Positions 1 to 14,800 of a stretch of 64,000 bases of DNA are shown in pieces; the stretch's first letter is position 1; each line of letters starts with the position of its first letter. Below the pieces are notes generated by a model. The model made no database searches. It had not been told where the DNA came from and saw nothing but the letters and a program-made list of their open reading frames with translations. The position numbers and the translations under genes were made by a program. This DNA comes from Dimorphilus gyrociliatus (Eukaryota; Animalia; Annelida). The stretch is taken from positions 248,001 through 312,000 of the forward strand of contig CAJFCJ010000008.1 of assembly GCA_904063045.1 (NCBI GenBank). The letters run 5' to 3'.

Positions 1-3000
1 TCTCTATTGCTCTTTAAGGAAAGAGGATTTAAGTTACACTTTTATTTTCTTTTTAAGACTTGCTTAAAATCTTGTTTTGTGCAATTTATATTGATTTTTA
101 AATAAAGAAACAATCGTATTTGCATATTCCACGCTGTTCATAGACTATAAATGCATAGAATATATAAATTCAATACAGTAGTTTTAATGTATTTTTAAAA
201 ATTATTATTCTAATGGCTTGTGTTTTATGAAATGCTCTATTTCCGTTTACTTTATTATTATTAGATAAGGAGAATATTTTATATCTTAGTTGTAGATTGG
301 ATTAGGCTATTAAACGATGCAAAAAGAGCAAAGAGAAATAATTTCTCTCCCTCTCACCCTCTATCTCGCTCTCTCTCTCTCTCTCTCCTTCTCTCTTTGT
401 AATGAGTTAGCCTATCACGTCCTTAATTAAGGCTAAAAATTGAATTAGTGAGAAAATTTCGAAGGACTATTAGAAGGTTTACAAGACGACCTCCATAAAT
501 TCATATACAATTCAGGTATAATCCCATAATATTATTAATTTTGGGATAATTCTCATGAGATTTCTTTGAGCTTTTCTATTTAGTCTTCACGGCCTATAAT
601 CCGTTAATTATTATCGTTAATGGCTTATCCGAGAAATAGCCTAAATTCTGTTATGAAATTGAAAGTATAAAATCTTATCAAGCTATCATAGTGTTGTGAC
701 GCTAAGATATGGTGAATAAAATATAAATTTAAGATATTCAGTTGAATGAATAAGAAAATTTTGATAGAATATATCATATTGGTAAGCTTATCCTTCAAAT
801 ATGCGCTCATTTTTCTTTTATATGCATAATATAGTTTTCAAAGTATTTAAATATGTTAATTTTCTTCCTATAGTTAGACTCTTTGGTAATGTAAAATCCC
901 ATTAATCAAAACATCTCACATTAGATCTCACGGTTCTCTCATAAACGAACAACTAACGAATCAAGAAAAGATCACGTGATTACCTTGTACATCACGAAAA
1001 TAGTATATTAGTTTTAACCACATGAAATAAAAAAAATAACTGATTAGTAGACTAATTTGATCAATAAATTGATGGAATAGGTATTTGAGAGTGAAGATAG
1101 AATTGGATTAAGGGGAAGGGAAAGAGAAGTGTAGGTGGAATGATTGGAGAGCAAGATGGGTTGAAAGGTCAATCTTGTTTATATGTTTTGGTAAGACTGC
1201 ATCGAAGAGTTTGCACGCTTGATTTAATTCAAATACAGCCTGCGTAGATGGATAAGAAGAGAGTTTCGGAAATATATTTCTTAAATATTAAAAGCTTTGA
1301 AAGTGTCATTTTCTCTTATTAAATGTCTATAAATTTTCCAGCCTTTTCTCTCACTCTATATCTATCTCTATTTCTTTGCTAAAGATAAGCATAATTTACT
1401 TAGGAGCACAAAAGAGTTTATTTCCTATTCTCACTTTATCTAACTATTTTATCTTCCCTCGTTCTTATCTCTTCTCAATATACATTTTCGTTTTTATTGA
1501 ACGACCGTGAACTTCATTCGAATCACGTAGCACAAGGCCTCTTTAGAATAATAACTATATGTAGAAGAAAAAATGATGGATAATATCTGTAATATAATAC
1601 TACTTATTGTCCATTTGATAGTCTTTATGGACATGCACAAATTATTAAATGAATAGAGTATATCCACGATTTGCTAATAGCATACAACAATGAATTAGAA
1701 GGTGTTAAGATTTAAATACATTTATAAGAGATATATAATATAAAACCCTTCAACAGTGTCTTTATTCTTCCTTCTATTATCCGATTTTCCCTTTCTTTCT
1801 CTCCTCCTCTTTGTTCCTCGCCTTCTCTGTCTATCTTTCTATCATTTTTTTCTTGATAATAAATAGACTCTGGTCTATAATAGATAAAAGACAAGAATTG
1901 ACAAAAAAATTTTCCCTAGAAAATTATCTTCGATGTTTGTTTCTTTTCGCCTAAGTCTATTCCATCTCATCAATTAATTATGATTTTTTTCCCTTACTCT
2001 CTTATACCCATAAGCAAAATGCCAAAAAGGATAAATTGAAATGAAATTTACAGCTAATAAAATATATAAGAAAAAAATTACGTAGCTATCCAACTTTCTT
2101 CTATATTTTTTTTCATTCGCAAAAAATCAAAATAATACCAGGATCGTTTTCAATCTTTCAAGCACCTGTTATAGGCCTACGATTACTGTACAAACAATAA
2201 ACAAACATAAAAAAAAATCAAGTGAGCACTTTATAAATTATGCTATGTATATTACAATCATAGTCAAGTTGGGAATAATAAATGTAGACAGAGAAAGACA
2301 AGCCTCAGGACCCGTTAATTAAAGACAATTGAAATATGACACAATATTCTCGTTTGCAAACAGCATTTAATACGAATTCGAATGTTACAGATGCTGTTTT
2401 TACTTAATTAATTATTGTTAGTAGCAAAATTCAATAAATTGAAATATTTTACGGGTAATGAAATTCAATAAAGTGGTTTCTCATAACAACTTAAAACCCT
2501 CTGGTCATTTCAATAAATTTCATGCACATATATTATCAATAAAAGCGCACTTTACTACTTTGTGACAATTATTCATATAATTAAAGCAATCTGCACTCTC
2601 ATATTTCTTTTCAGCAGTTATTTGTCGAAGCTATTTATTTAATGATCAATTCTTAACTAACATACGGAAAATCCATTATTTTCCAGGCATCTATCTATTT
2701 CAGTTATCTTTATGCTTTACTCTTTTCTATTCTTTCTTTGTCTATCTTCGTCTGCTCTTCCTGATCATTCTCTTGCTTTCTTTCTCTTTCTCTTTCTATA
2801 TGCAACAATACTCACAACCTAAATGAGACTCTACGGATAAGCAAAAGATGAAAGACTTTGTTTATAATACAATGATATATTGATCGTTATAATGAGTTTT
2901 GATCGAAAAATGGATTCAAGTCAGAAATAAAGAAAGGCGTGAAATGAATACATAGACACAGGAATATGGAGAGAGAAAGAGAGAGAGAGAGAAAACGAGG

Positions 3001-6000
3001 CAAAGAGAAACTCAGAGGTTGATTGGGTTAAAAAGTAACTTTGTAAAGATTGAAGGGGAAAAGGTTGTCTAATAAATAAACTTTGGAGGAGTTTGTCAAT
3101 TATCAGCAGTCGATGTTTTCAATAGGTCTGTCAGATTGATGCAAACATTACGAGAATGAAAAATTATCCATTATTTTTATATATTATGGGAGATTAAGGA
3201 TGGTTGGTTAGTAAGATTGAACAGAGCTCTTTCAAATACTCTTACTAGATTCACCGTCTCCTTGATTGTCCCTCATAATTCCCGTAGACGTTCCGAGCAT
3301 CTTTCCAAACTTTTTTACTCAAAAGAGCATTAAAGCCAGGAAGGCTTAGCGCACGAATAACGAATATAATCCAACACGGAAAGAACTATTCCCCTTACGT
3401 TCCGTATACGCCGCTACTTTGCAGCTGTGTTCGACAGCGCCCTATAACCGACTTGTACAGCACGCAACGCAAAGAAAAAAAAAGGAATTCGTGTGAGAAA
3501 ATAAGATGAAAAAATGCGCTATAGAGAATTTCCAACACCTGACTAGACCATGTCAAATCTAAGTGAAAGGTATCTTTGCTTTCAAGCAAATCTAAATCAT
3601 TTCTCTCTTACAGTATTCGCTATAGCTTCAGATTATTCTCATGTTTTACCATTCTTCCAATTTACTAAATCAATTTCTACATTTCTTGCTTGTGTCAGTT
3701 GGAAATAGACAGCAAGAACTACAGAAAGATATCTTTTGTCTGTAAGCATGAGCAAAACACGAAGACGAAGGATGCATTATTCGACATGATTTATGATTAT
3801 AAGTGTATCAAAATAGAATACAAAAAAGATAGACAAAAAACATAAAGAATACGGACAAGAGTAAAGATTCATACGCCTTCATTTCTAATTGTTCTCGCTC
3901 TCACTCTCTCACTCTCCCCTCGCTCTTTCTAACTTCATCACCTGTTTTTTCTCTGTATCGTTTCCTCCGAGTATAATATATTCTAGCTCTCGGGGTAAAT
4001 GCAAACAAGACGGAATATAGTCTTATTGATAAGTTAATAAATTATTACATGTCTTTTATCTCGTTTGATTAGCATACGAGTGTTTTTTCTATCAAACTAG
4101 AAATAGGATAACTCAATCGATAATATCTTATAGTTAACTTTTACTCAAAAGTTCACTATTTTCTCACTTACATCTCTTGCTAAACCCTCTTAAATTGCCG
4201 TACCGGATGTTCCTGAAACAAATTAGTAACCTTCCCATTCTCTTATTGAGGATTACTCTTCGAATTTTTCGTTAATTAAAATAGAGAATAAAAAGTATAC
4301 AAATAACGAGAATTTACGTATCAATTAATTAAATAATTCCTTGGAGAAAAAAACTTTCTTCTCTCTCTCTTTCTTTTATTTAAAGTAGTTAGAAAAATGC
4401 GCAATATGTTCACCATTACGTTGATATTGTCTAAAAGAAATGAGAATAGTAAGAGAAAGGAGGCAACCATCGTCAAGATTTAACAAGATAAACACGTACA
4501 TATTGTATAATAGAAGAAAAGAAGAAAAACAACAGAAAGAATCAATATGAGTTTGAAGGATTAGTCCAAAGGCAAATTTCTATTTTCTTCTTGCAAGAGA
4601 CAAAGAAAAAAGAGAATAATAGATTCATTTTATGAGCTTTTACAACATTGTTTCAGATACTTTCTGGGGACGCTCAACAGATAACCTAAAGGTTAAGTTC
4701 CCTATCAATGTAAATTTCTCCATCTGCCTTATTTCTGTGCAAGGAAGAGGAGGGACGGAGGGAGGGAAGTAGGGGAGCGGAAGTGATTACCGACGGAACA
4801 TAAGATGAGCATGTTTTCCCAGAATTTACACTATCATTGAAACACGCTTCACCAAATAACCTTTTTTTGTACTGAAGGATACTAAAAAGACTCCTGTACG
4901 AAAAATAGTCCAACCGTTTCAGTTAATGGAAGCCTGAAAAACCCGCAGGACGTTTTTTTACGATTGCCTCTTACTATTTGGCCTAAGCTTTCCGATCTTT
5001 CCCATAGAGGTTATTCCCCTTCTACATCTATTTGTCATTATATTTTGCGACATTTTAATATTATCAAAGTATATTAATAATACGTAGGATGGATTGATAA
5101 ATTAGACTGGTAAACCTATTCGACTGACTGGCTTATTTCCAGTAAACGATAAGAAAATGACTAAATGTTATTGTTGGTGAATTGTAACAGAAGTTCATTC
5201 TGGTCAAACTATTAATTATCGTTTGAACTTTTATACTCATTAAACGATTATAATGCAAAAAAACCAAATTTTTCTGTTATAATAAATATTACAATATTTC
5301 TTGTTTTTTTGCCCCTTATTTCCCAAGGTGAGGCGACCCAGGAACAAAAATAAAGTCATCATACGGGGAATAGAACGAAAGTGTTTTAATTTATATATAC
5401 AGTTTATACTGTATATATATAGTATCAACTTTAACATTAGTTGGATTTACGTTATTCTAATCAGAATATTAGCTTATTATTTTTATAGTTGGGAATTTAT
5501 AGATGTAATTAATTGTTTTATAAACTTTTAAGCTAGTTACTTCATTGCTAAAATGTATCTGTAAAATGTATCTGTAAAACTTTTCAATACGCCATTGGTT
5601 CTGTGTTTAAGGCTTGAAAGATTAATTGTAAAAAAAATAGACTTGGAAAATAAAAAATGTATGGACGGCAAAATTCCTATTGAATCCTTACGAGAAAAAT
5701 CAAATAAAACGGAAGTTGAATCAGTCTTTGTTTGTTTTTTCTTTATTAAACCAATTTATGTTGTAGTCTTTTAGGAAGTTATTGAATAGGGAAAAAAAAA
5801 ATCAACGAACTTCCCATGGTCAGATATTTATACCTTATTGAGCTACAATTTTACAAACGCAGGAAATGCCTGATCGATAGACATTCAAATAGCGTCTCTT
5901 TTTTTAGAGTGTCTCTCTACGAATCACAGCTGTTTGACAACAGAATTCGTTACAATATTGCTTATTCGTTTTACGTTCGAAGAACATTTCAACTTGTGAG

Positions 6001-8298
6001 AAAAGTATAAAAATAAAATTTAATTTAATGATTTTATGCAAAAAAGGAGAGAATTTACAATTCTAATCAGCTTAAATGATGATTAACTTTTTGATTTAAA
6101 GTGTAAAATTTCGTTAAAGGGCGTCAGCGAATAGAAAACGCTTTAGCTTACCGTTTACTTATCATATTTGTTAATATATATTAAGTATATATTCGTACAG
6201 GCATAGAATATACCATAAAGTATTTGCAAAGCCGATATTGTGGTCAAATCCAGACTTTCTCCAGAATGAGACGAATATTACTTTCCTTTGCATTGATATT
6301 AGATATAAATGATAAAAGAAAAATTTTTAAATGAGTATAACATGATGAAATGTTAAAAGAGTTAGTAGCCTTTTTCTATCAAGAGAAAATTTACGCAGAG
6401 ACGACTCTGGCAAGAGAAGCAAATAGTCAATTAGGGAGAAAATTCAGTGATGGATGAGCAGGTTTTGGAAAATCGACCGAAATATTTAGGTACATATATC
6501 TATAGACTCTATGTATATTGTAATACTTATAGTGTATAGCTTTCATACTAAGTTACACTAAACATACGTTTATATTCCAGTCTCGGAGAAACCAAACAAA
6601 GACAGTAAATGCCAAAACAGGCAACAAAATGTCAGGCAGACGTCACTTGTTTAAATCGCATTGCACTAATTACTAATTTCCAGCCATCACCTGAGTCGAA
6701 TATGTAACACTTTTTACAAAGAAGACATTTCCCCAGCGGCACATTTTGGATATCCGATTGCAGAAACTACAAAAGGAAAATATGGGAACGAACAACTGAA
6801 TCATTTCTTTTCCTGATTGATTTCTATAATGTTTCTTCATTATATAACAATAATGGAATAAAATTAGTTTCTATGTCAAAATATACTTATATTGCCCTTG
6901 ATAAATAGTGATAAATTGGGATACAGGAATAGAAAAATGAGACAGAAAGTGGAAGCGAGGGAAAGAGTGAGAGCGGAGAGAGAAAGAAACAGAGAGGCTG
7001 AATGAGTGAGGGATATGAGATGGTTAGGAACGACAATAAAATATGATGACCACCTGAATAAATTGCGGCCAGAATCATAGAAATTTTATTTCTATATTTC
7101 TATTTTGGCTTTTCTTCGCGTTGTCATCTTAAGTACGATAAATGAGAACTTAAGTTTAATGCCCGAAGGACTAATATTAGGTAAAATCCCTGCTTAAAGT
7201 CATCCAATATGATAAAAGTATTTAACGAAAACCATAAAAAAAACAAGTCAGTAATAGCGAATAATAAAGTTAAACTAATAAAGAAGTACTTTTTACAAGT
7301 TCTTAGTCTAAGCTGTAATAAAAAGAGATGTACAAAACGCTTCTTTAAACGCTATATATACGCAGATCGCTATTATCAGCAAGCTGTTCAGTTCATTTTA
7401 TGAGTATTCATTCTAGTACTGTGAAATGATTTAAAGCCTTTATTCGGATATATGCAAAAGTATAATAAACCAAAATTATTGATTATACTGTATTCTAAAT
7501 CATATTTACTATGAAAATAGAATCACTTATTTCTTAGAACAAGTGACGCTTATTCTGATGCTACAGCTATATTTTATTAACCACGATAAACCCCTATATG
7601 GAGTACTTTATTGGTTACACCAGGGGAACGTGTGGGAAATAAATAGATAGAAACAGAATCCTATTTCCTACGATTACAAACGTCTAGTAATTTAAGAAAA
7701 CTGCTTTACGATTAGATATTTACGAGCAACTTATGGCGAAGTAAAGGCCCTAAAATCTCCGCCTGAGTTAATATTAGATAGTTATAACATACGCCTGGTT
7801 AGTTAAGGATTCAATCTTATTGATCGTTAGTATAATAACAATGAAACATTTTGTATCTCTTTTACTTAGTATAATAGACCCATTTAAATCAGCTCATACA
7901 TATTAAATAGATGTTCATAAAAATCCTGATACTGTCAAAGCATCCCCCGAGAAGACAGTAGAGCGAAAATACGTCAATATTTAAATAATATACAACTACT
8001 GCATAAAAAATGTGACGAAAATTGAATGATCTTTTCTAATTACACTCTTATCATTGTACAAGTATTTTTCTTTAATTATTTACCATAATAAACTAATATC
8101 TAACATTAACTTATCTGTTTTATACGCTAAACGGTGAGTAGATTTTGTGTTTGAGGTAAAGCAAGAACAAATAAGCAAAGAAATTGAGGTTGAATAAAAA
8201 ATAAGTAAAAACTATAGATGAGAGAAAAATTGGGTGTGTCGTAAATAATTTGAAAAAGGGATAATTAAATCTTATATGGTGCATGTTCGTACACTCAC

Positions 8299-8865
8299 GG
8301 TGTCGCTGTGGGCAGATACACAGCAACATCCTATCCACAACACATTTTCCACATGGAACTCTCTTCTTGATGTTCTCTACGAGCTCGGCGTGAACAAATT
8401 CCACTTCTTCCTCGTCCTCCTCCTCCTTTAAAGATGTTGCTTGAACGGCAAAGCGGCTAGAGACAGCCGTTGCTGATGAACTCTTTCTAGACGGCATTGC
8501 CGAGTTTCGTCTACTAGAGAAATCATAACTCTTTCTATGAGAATAAGCTGTTGAGTTTCTCCTATAAGTTGGAGGAGAAATTCTCAACATATCCAAATGA
8601 ACTGAAGTTGCTGCTCCATACATGTCTGATGAATATTATCCTAATTTCTTTTTACTTCTTTCAATCAATTTAACACTTATATGTGAAAATAAGTCTGCTT
8701 TATCTGAAATGATCGTCGAAACAAGCTGTTCGGAGATATGGCTTTTACGACATTCGTTTCGGCGATAGGTGGAGTTAGTAACGATTTTTTTAAAGCGACT
8801 CATATTAGACGTTTTACCATGGCTTATCGCGATTCTTGACTGAGCCATGTAATTATCGAAGAGAC
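8299..8865 (-). CDS. Internal coding exons of an unidentified gene (Ser/Arg-rich, then acidic, then Cys-rich segment)
   Basis: Two collinear same-frame ORFs (8636-8902 and 8120-8623) with coding-like GC content. Acceptors are ttacaag| (exon starts 8865) and catcag| (starts 8625). A perfect GTGAGT donor follows ...CICPQRH (exon ends 8299). No recognisable domain; the rest of the gene was not located. Confidence 0.55.
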
Positions 8866-11800
8866 CTTGTAACTTTAGAATTTTTATAACTAGCGATTCC
8901 AAATGGTGTTGTATCCTTTTAAGCTAATGATTCATTTCTCTTCGATTTTCTAATCAGCCTTTCAGAATTGGCTGAATAGAAATTATCCACATTTAAACAC
9001 AGTAGCGTTGTTTAGAATTGATTTTTCATTTACCATTTTTTAAAATTAATGTATCTATTTCTATTGTAGTTATTAGAATTTTATAGCCTACGCTATCCAA
9101 CACATTTTAAACGTTAAACAACCACTAAACTTTTAAAATTCCTTCTGTCAAATATTTAATTATAGACTTGAATGTAGTAAATCTCATCCATTGTCAATTT
9201 TATTACTAATAATTCTCCTTTTCATAGATTTATTTTGTTCAGGTAATAAAAGCAATTACTGGAGCTAATTTTCTAGTTTAACATCATTTTAGTTACACTG
9301 TGCAGAAGATGATTAACAGATGGCGACACGATCTGTAACATTACGGCTAGAATAGAAATTTTCTAGTAGTCAGCTGATGGGAAAATACCTTATCTTTTTA
9401 TATATAGTTTGTTGGATTTAGTGTATAATAATTGTCAAAGATGGCAGCACAAATTGCTCTTTTTCACACTGAACTTACTTTTTAGACACAAAACTCTCTC
9501 TCTCTCTTAAAATAAGCCACATTCCAATCCTTCTCTCCTTATTCTTCTCCTTTATTGTTATATCTTCTGATAATGCTTGATGAAATGTAACTAAAATGTT
9601 GTATGTAATTGGATAAAATACCATAACAATGTTATCAACTGGTAGTTTTTTTCAACTAATAAAAAGATAGATTCTGTCTCTCTTTTTTTCCACTATCTCA
9701 TTTTGATCTTGCATTTCTTCAAAGATGTCTTATTACTTAAAAGTACTGAGTATACTACTTAGAACTTCCTATACAAATGTCAAACTGAAGGATTCCATTC
9801 TCTATCTTTTATTAGAGTATAAGAAAGAGATAGCCTCCCCAGACAACAGCCTGAATTAAGGAATAATTTGAATTTTCGATTCAATTACATCATTAAGTTC
9901 AGTTATTGGAAGTCTCAAAGATGCATCAAAAACGTGTTGGAAAGAAGAAGAGAGAAAAGTAAAGTTTACTTTCCTTATTGATATATTCATTTTTTAGGCA
10001 ACTAATACTTAACAAATTTTCTCATTTACGTAGTCAGATATCGTTTTTACTTTATCCTAATTGCAGATTAAAGTAATAAATCTAACCAATTAATCGAATC
10101 AAATATATAGCTTATCAAGTAACTAATAAACAATAATACACGTCTTTCTCTCTTTTTTTTTGTATTTGGTCCAAGAGAAATTTCCATAGAAAAACCACCT
10201 GCAGCAATCGATTAAGACGGAGTACTGCAAAATGAAAAAGAAACACTCCGCTTTGGGACTGTACTATATAATAAAAAAATAACACGCAAACGGTACATCA
10301 TCGAAATCCCATCGAAATCCTCGTTTTCTTCTAAAATAAACAATGTCCGAAAATCGGACAAAGCCCTCTCTTTTACGTATTTTTTCTCGAGTTCGGCACG
10401 TTTCTCTACGATATATCATTCGCTTCACTTGATATCGCCATAAGTGATTTGGAACGATGCCTTCTAACAATAGTTGAACCGAATGTGAAAAGAGAAATAA
10501 AGAGAGAGGGATGAGAGAGTGAAAGAAAAACGAGAAGTATAATAGTGACAGACTATAATCCTCCAGGTCCTAACGGTTCATAAATGTTCACGCAACATTA
10601 GCGAAACTTTCTCTTTGATACATATTTTTCTTCTTTCAATCTTTCTTTTTTTTGGGGGGGGGGAGGGGTTTATTCTTTCTCAATGCCTTTTCCCCTTTTC
10701 CTTTTTCCCTTTTTATAACATTAGAATCAATTCAGATGAGATACAAAGTAGATAAGTGAAAGACTTAACTTCTTATAGCCTCAAGAAAAAAATTATTTAT
10801 TTTATGCAATTTAATGATATGGCATACGCTTTTCAAACACTAATCATTATCCGATAGAAGTGTTATTAGATGACCTTAAAAAACGAGAACAAAGACTGGC
10901 AGTTTATGAAAAAATCATAGTATTTAGTATATAAAAAATATATGTGGATTGATGTATTCATAAAGAATTTACACTGATGGAGTTAAGTTCCCCTTATTAT
11001 TCAATAAATTTTGAATCATTACTGAACAACCTTAATCGATTCAAGTAATTAAACCTTTTAGTTTACCGATTTCTCTCTCTTTTTTCCTGTTGCTGCTTTC
11101 GTAATTACAGGCAAACTTTATTTTACGGAAATATGGGTGTGACGTACATTTAATCTTCCTTTTTTTTGCCCTATCCCTCTCTCTAATACTCTGTAGTGTA
11201 ACAACCGTAAAAAAAGTCGATAATTATTAGGTCAAGCGTGTATTCACCGCAGCTCGAGTTAACCAAATTAAGGCTTCATCTATGAGATTTCTTACGAAAA
11301 TTCCCCTAACATCTATTCCTTTTCTTAATATTAATAGAGCTTTAATAAATTTTCTTTTCATTTATCCTTTTGATTGATTAATAAGAATTCAAGAGATAAT
11401 CAATTAAGGAGAGGGGGGGAAAAGGCAAAGAAAGTAAGAAAAGATATCAATATATCAATATTGATAAATTCTTCGAGAGAAAAAAAGAAATGAAAAGGAG
11501 AAAGTTTAATTAGATCGCTGTAGGAAGTTGATCATTTTGTCGTGTACAAGGCTTACATAAGACATCCGGGTAAATTGCCAGATGCAGCGGATTTCAGTAA
11601 TGAATATCGGTTTTTCGTGACGTCCGATTTGCAAGATTTTATCCAAAAAGGAAAATTCTTTTTCTATTTTATGCAATAATTTTTGTTTTTATAAATTTTC
11701 AGTTTTTGCAAAATTTTTCATTTATAATTCTTGTTTTTTATTATAGCGGATTAACGAGATTAACGGTATTAGTGTTTGGTTTTTATTGCTTTAAGTTATT

Positions 11801-14800
11801 AATGCTAATTTCTTATCGAGAGAGAAATTTCTTCTATTAATTATTCATTTGGCAATTAATGATCTTTGGATTATTCTTACCATTTTATATCATTTCTTTC
11901 TAGTTTTTACGAAAAAAAACGTTATAAATAATAATAAAAAATTTTCTCCTCTCTTTTTTGACAATGGCTTTCTTGTCGTATTAGAAAAATATTAGGCCTA
12001 TTTAATACATCATTCCATGAAATTGCCAAGCAAATGCCACAAAGATGATGAAAGACCGAAAAAATCCTTAACCTTAAAGAGATGTAGAATAACGGGAGAA
12101 TTTTCTTTCTAATATAAATCTTATCTTTCCTTTCTAGCCTGCCCGCCCACCACCCACCCCTTTTTCACCCCTTATATATATACCCCTCTGTTTTTCAGGC
12201 TTTCTCTCTCTGTCTCTGTCTGCCCATCAGTCGTTCTCTTCCCTCTCTCTCTCTTATTCTGTCAAGCTATTATTCTAAAATTTTCTTTTGCTAACGTATT
12301 CTGTCTCTCTTACATCTTTTCTTAAGGTATGAATTGAAGACGTTTAGTCGGTTAAAAAAAGCCGATAAAAGCGTTATTTACCACCGCAACCCAAATGAAC
12401 GTATATATTTACGTAGTGTAAGAAAAATGGCAGCAATCCTGTCTCTCTTAAACTCAACACCGTCTTTGTTCGTCCTATTGATTTCTGATCAAAAGCTTCA
12501 GCATTCTATAGGTTCCTCAATCTCATATTCTCTCACCCCCTCCTTCTTTCCTTTTCGTTCGTTCTGTCCCTCGTCTCCCTTTTTCATTTACTTCTTACCG
12601 CGTGAGAGATTCTTCAATATTCCCCAAAACACCGCCCATTTCGACTTTCACCAATTTTTTCCTATCTCTATTCCCTATCCCACAGTCATACCATGGATTA
12701 CAAAATTTGATACGGTTCAATAGATTTTTGTAAAATTGGTGATGCCTTGACGCCTTAAGGACGCGTTTTATGTCTAATTGCAAAATTGACTAGGCAATCG
12801 ATGACACTATAAATACTGCCGGTATTTGCGGTATCGACTACAAGAGAAAAGAATTAAATTCATATAGACAATCGATAAATATGTTAATGTTAAACAGAAA
12901 CACTATCCGTAAATGTGATAAACAATGGAAGAATTTTTATATCATTACCTTATATATAGTACATACATCTATTTATAGATTTATAGACATATTTATATAA
13001 TTTCTCAGATAATTGTATTGTCTAGTAGACGTTTAGTAGCTCCTTCAGAAAATATTAACAATACTATCTCGTGTAAATTCATTATGCAAATGGAAGAAAA
13101 TTACTTATTTTAGGTAACCTTTGACCTTTGTCTCATAAGTAAAGGAAAGAAAATGGGTGAAAGAAAAAAAAATGCACAAATTTGTATTCTTTTTTTTTTA
13201 TGAAACATCAAGAAATTGCATCGAACTTGTATAACGAAAAAGAGGAAATTTGTAACAAATGTAATTCTCTATTACATGAATACTTGTGTAATTTTCCTTT
13301 ACAAGCCCTCACTGGATATTAGAAACACCTTACAATCTTTATATACATCCTTTTACTTGTTCTATTTTCTGGCAAAATACTTTTACGGTTCATTTGTTCG
13401 TTAAACTTTTTTAAATGAATAAAGAACGTTGTACCATTTCTTTCTAATATATACAACCCTTATTAGCCCTAACCCTGAGGGCCATAATTCGGGGTCGAGT
13501 CGTTTCCGAATTGTCAGACCAAATACTCTGATCGTGTCTTAGCAAATCCTTATTATCCTTTCTATTATTATTTTATTATTGTTATTATTCCCAATCAATT
13601 AGTAGTCTACAATATTTAATAGTAACGGTTTCCCATCTAGCAGGAAGAACCATTAAAAAAACTGATGAACTGAATAGAGAGTTTAGTAATTTTCTTTAGC
13701 CGTAGCAAGAGAAATTTTAGCAGAATAAATCTACACGTATAAAGGTATATATCGTATATTCCTTATACCTTTAAACTTTCTCCTTTTAGCTTACTTCTTA
13801 AGAGGAAGAAAAAAGGAAACATTATACGGATATGAGTATGCAGTGAATAAAAAAATATTAGGCTTTTCTTTTTTCATTCAAAAATTCTATTAGTGATATT
13901 CAATTAGCAAAAATTCTTATTCTTTTCCTTAGTACTAATAGTATAATTAGAGGTCATTTCTATTCCTTATTGAGATTATACGATTTGTAAAGATTTATTT
14001 GGGTAAATAAGTATATAAAAGGATTGTAAAATGAGATAAAGTATATAAGTTGATAAATAAGGAGAAATTTATAGGATATTTACGTAATTATTAATTTGTT
14101 GAATCCGGTAGTTTTTGTGACATTAAAATATATATAATATTGACAAACTTTGTAAAGAAAAACTCTATACGAATGTATTATTAATTAAGGCCTACAACAT
14201 TGGCGCATGAGCCGTATAATCGAATACAAACAAGATCAAATAAAACAAACGTGCGATCGTCAAAAAACTTTGCCGGCAGCTTCGTTTATTCCCGATCACG
14301 GCCTTTTTTTTCAGGAGTCGGAAAAATGAAATTTTTGCTCCGTCGATTGACATCAAAGGAAATAGAAGAGAAGTTTTCGTCTCCTCTATTTAAAGATGCT
14401 ATTTATTCGTAAATACAAATATATATCTATATAGTTTATAAATATATAAAAACAGTAAGAAACCATTCATCATTCTTTCGTCACTGTGTCATCTAAAAGC
14501 TTAGATATCAATAGTAATAGAAATTCTATTAGAAAATTAGTCGGATTTTCTCTACAAATAATCTTTTTATTAAGGAACGAAAAGATGCGAATATTTCGCA
14601 GATAAACTAAACGGCTCGAGCCTGTGAAAAATACATAGCGAAGACATTCAATCCCTTCGAAACACTGTCTGACGATCAAAGTCAATTGTAGACAAACTCT
14701 AGGCCTGATTTTATTGGCGTAAAACTCCAATAAGCACTTTACTTCTAGTACAACGCCTCGCGCATACGGATGGAAAATTAAGTTTATATTGTTCAGCCAT

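Noticed and set aside
2358-2399. Hairpin AAACAGCATTT...AGATGCTGTTT
   Set aside because: An ~11-bp stem over 42 nt is too short for a pre-miRNA and matches no miRNA I recognise.
3242-3450. Possible minus-strand exons with GTAAGG/GTAAGA donors as a continuation of the 8.3-kb gene
   Set aside because: Several incompatible frames and weak acceptors; cannot be chosen without transcript data.
625-7403. Numerous 60-76 aa ORFs in the first 7.5 kb
   Set aside because: Low-complexity F/I/L/K/Y-rich translations typical of AT-rich non-coding DNA, with no domains and no convincing splice phasing.
8911-8920. GTATCCTTTT, a U12-type 5' splice-site consensus
   Set aside because: It is on the strand opposite the local exons with no associated exon, and about one chance hit is expected per window.
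13455-13481. Telomere-like AACCCT/CCCTAA fragments
   Set aside because: Only ~4 degenerate units, compatible with chance.
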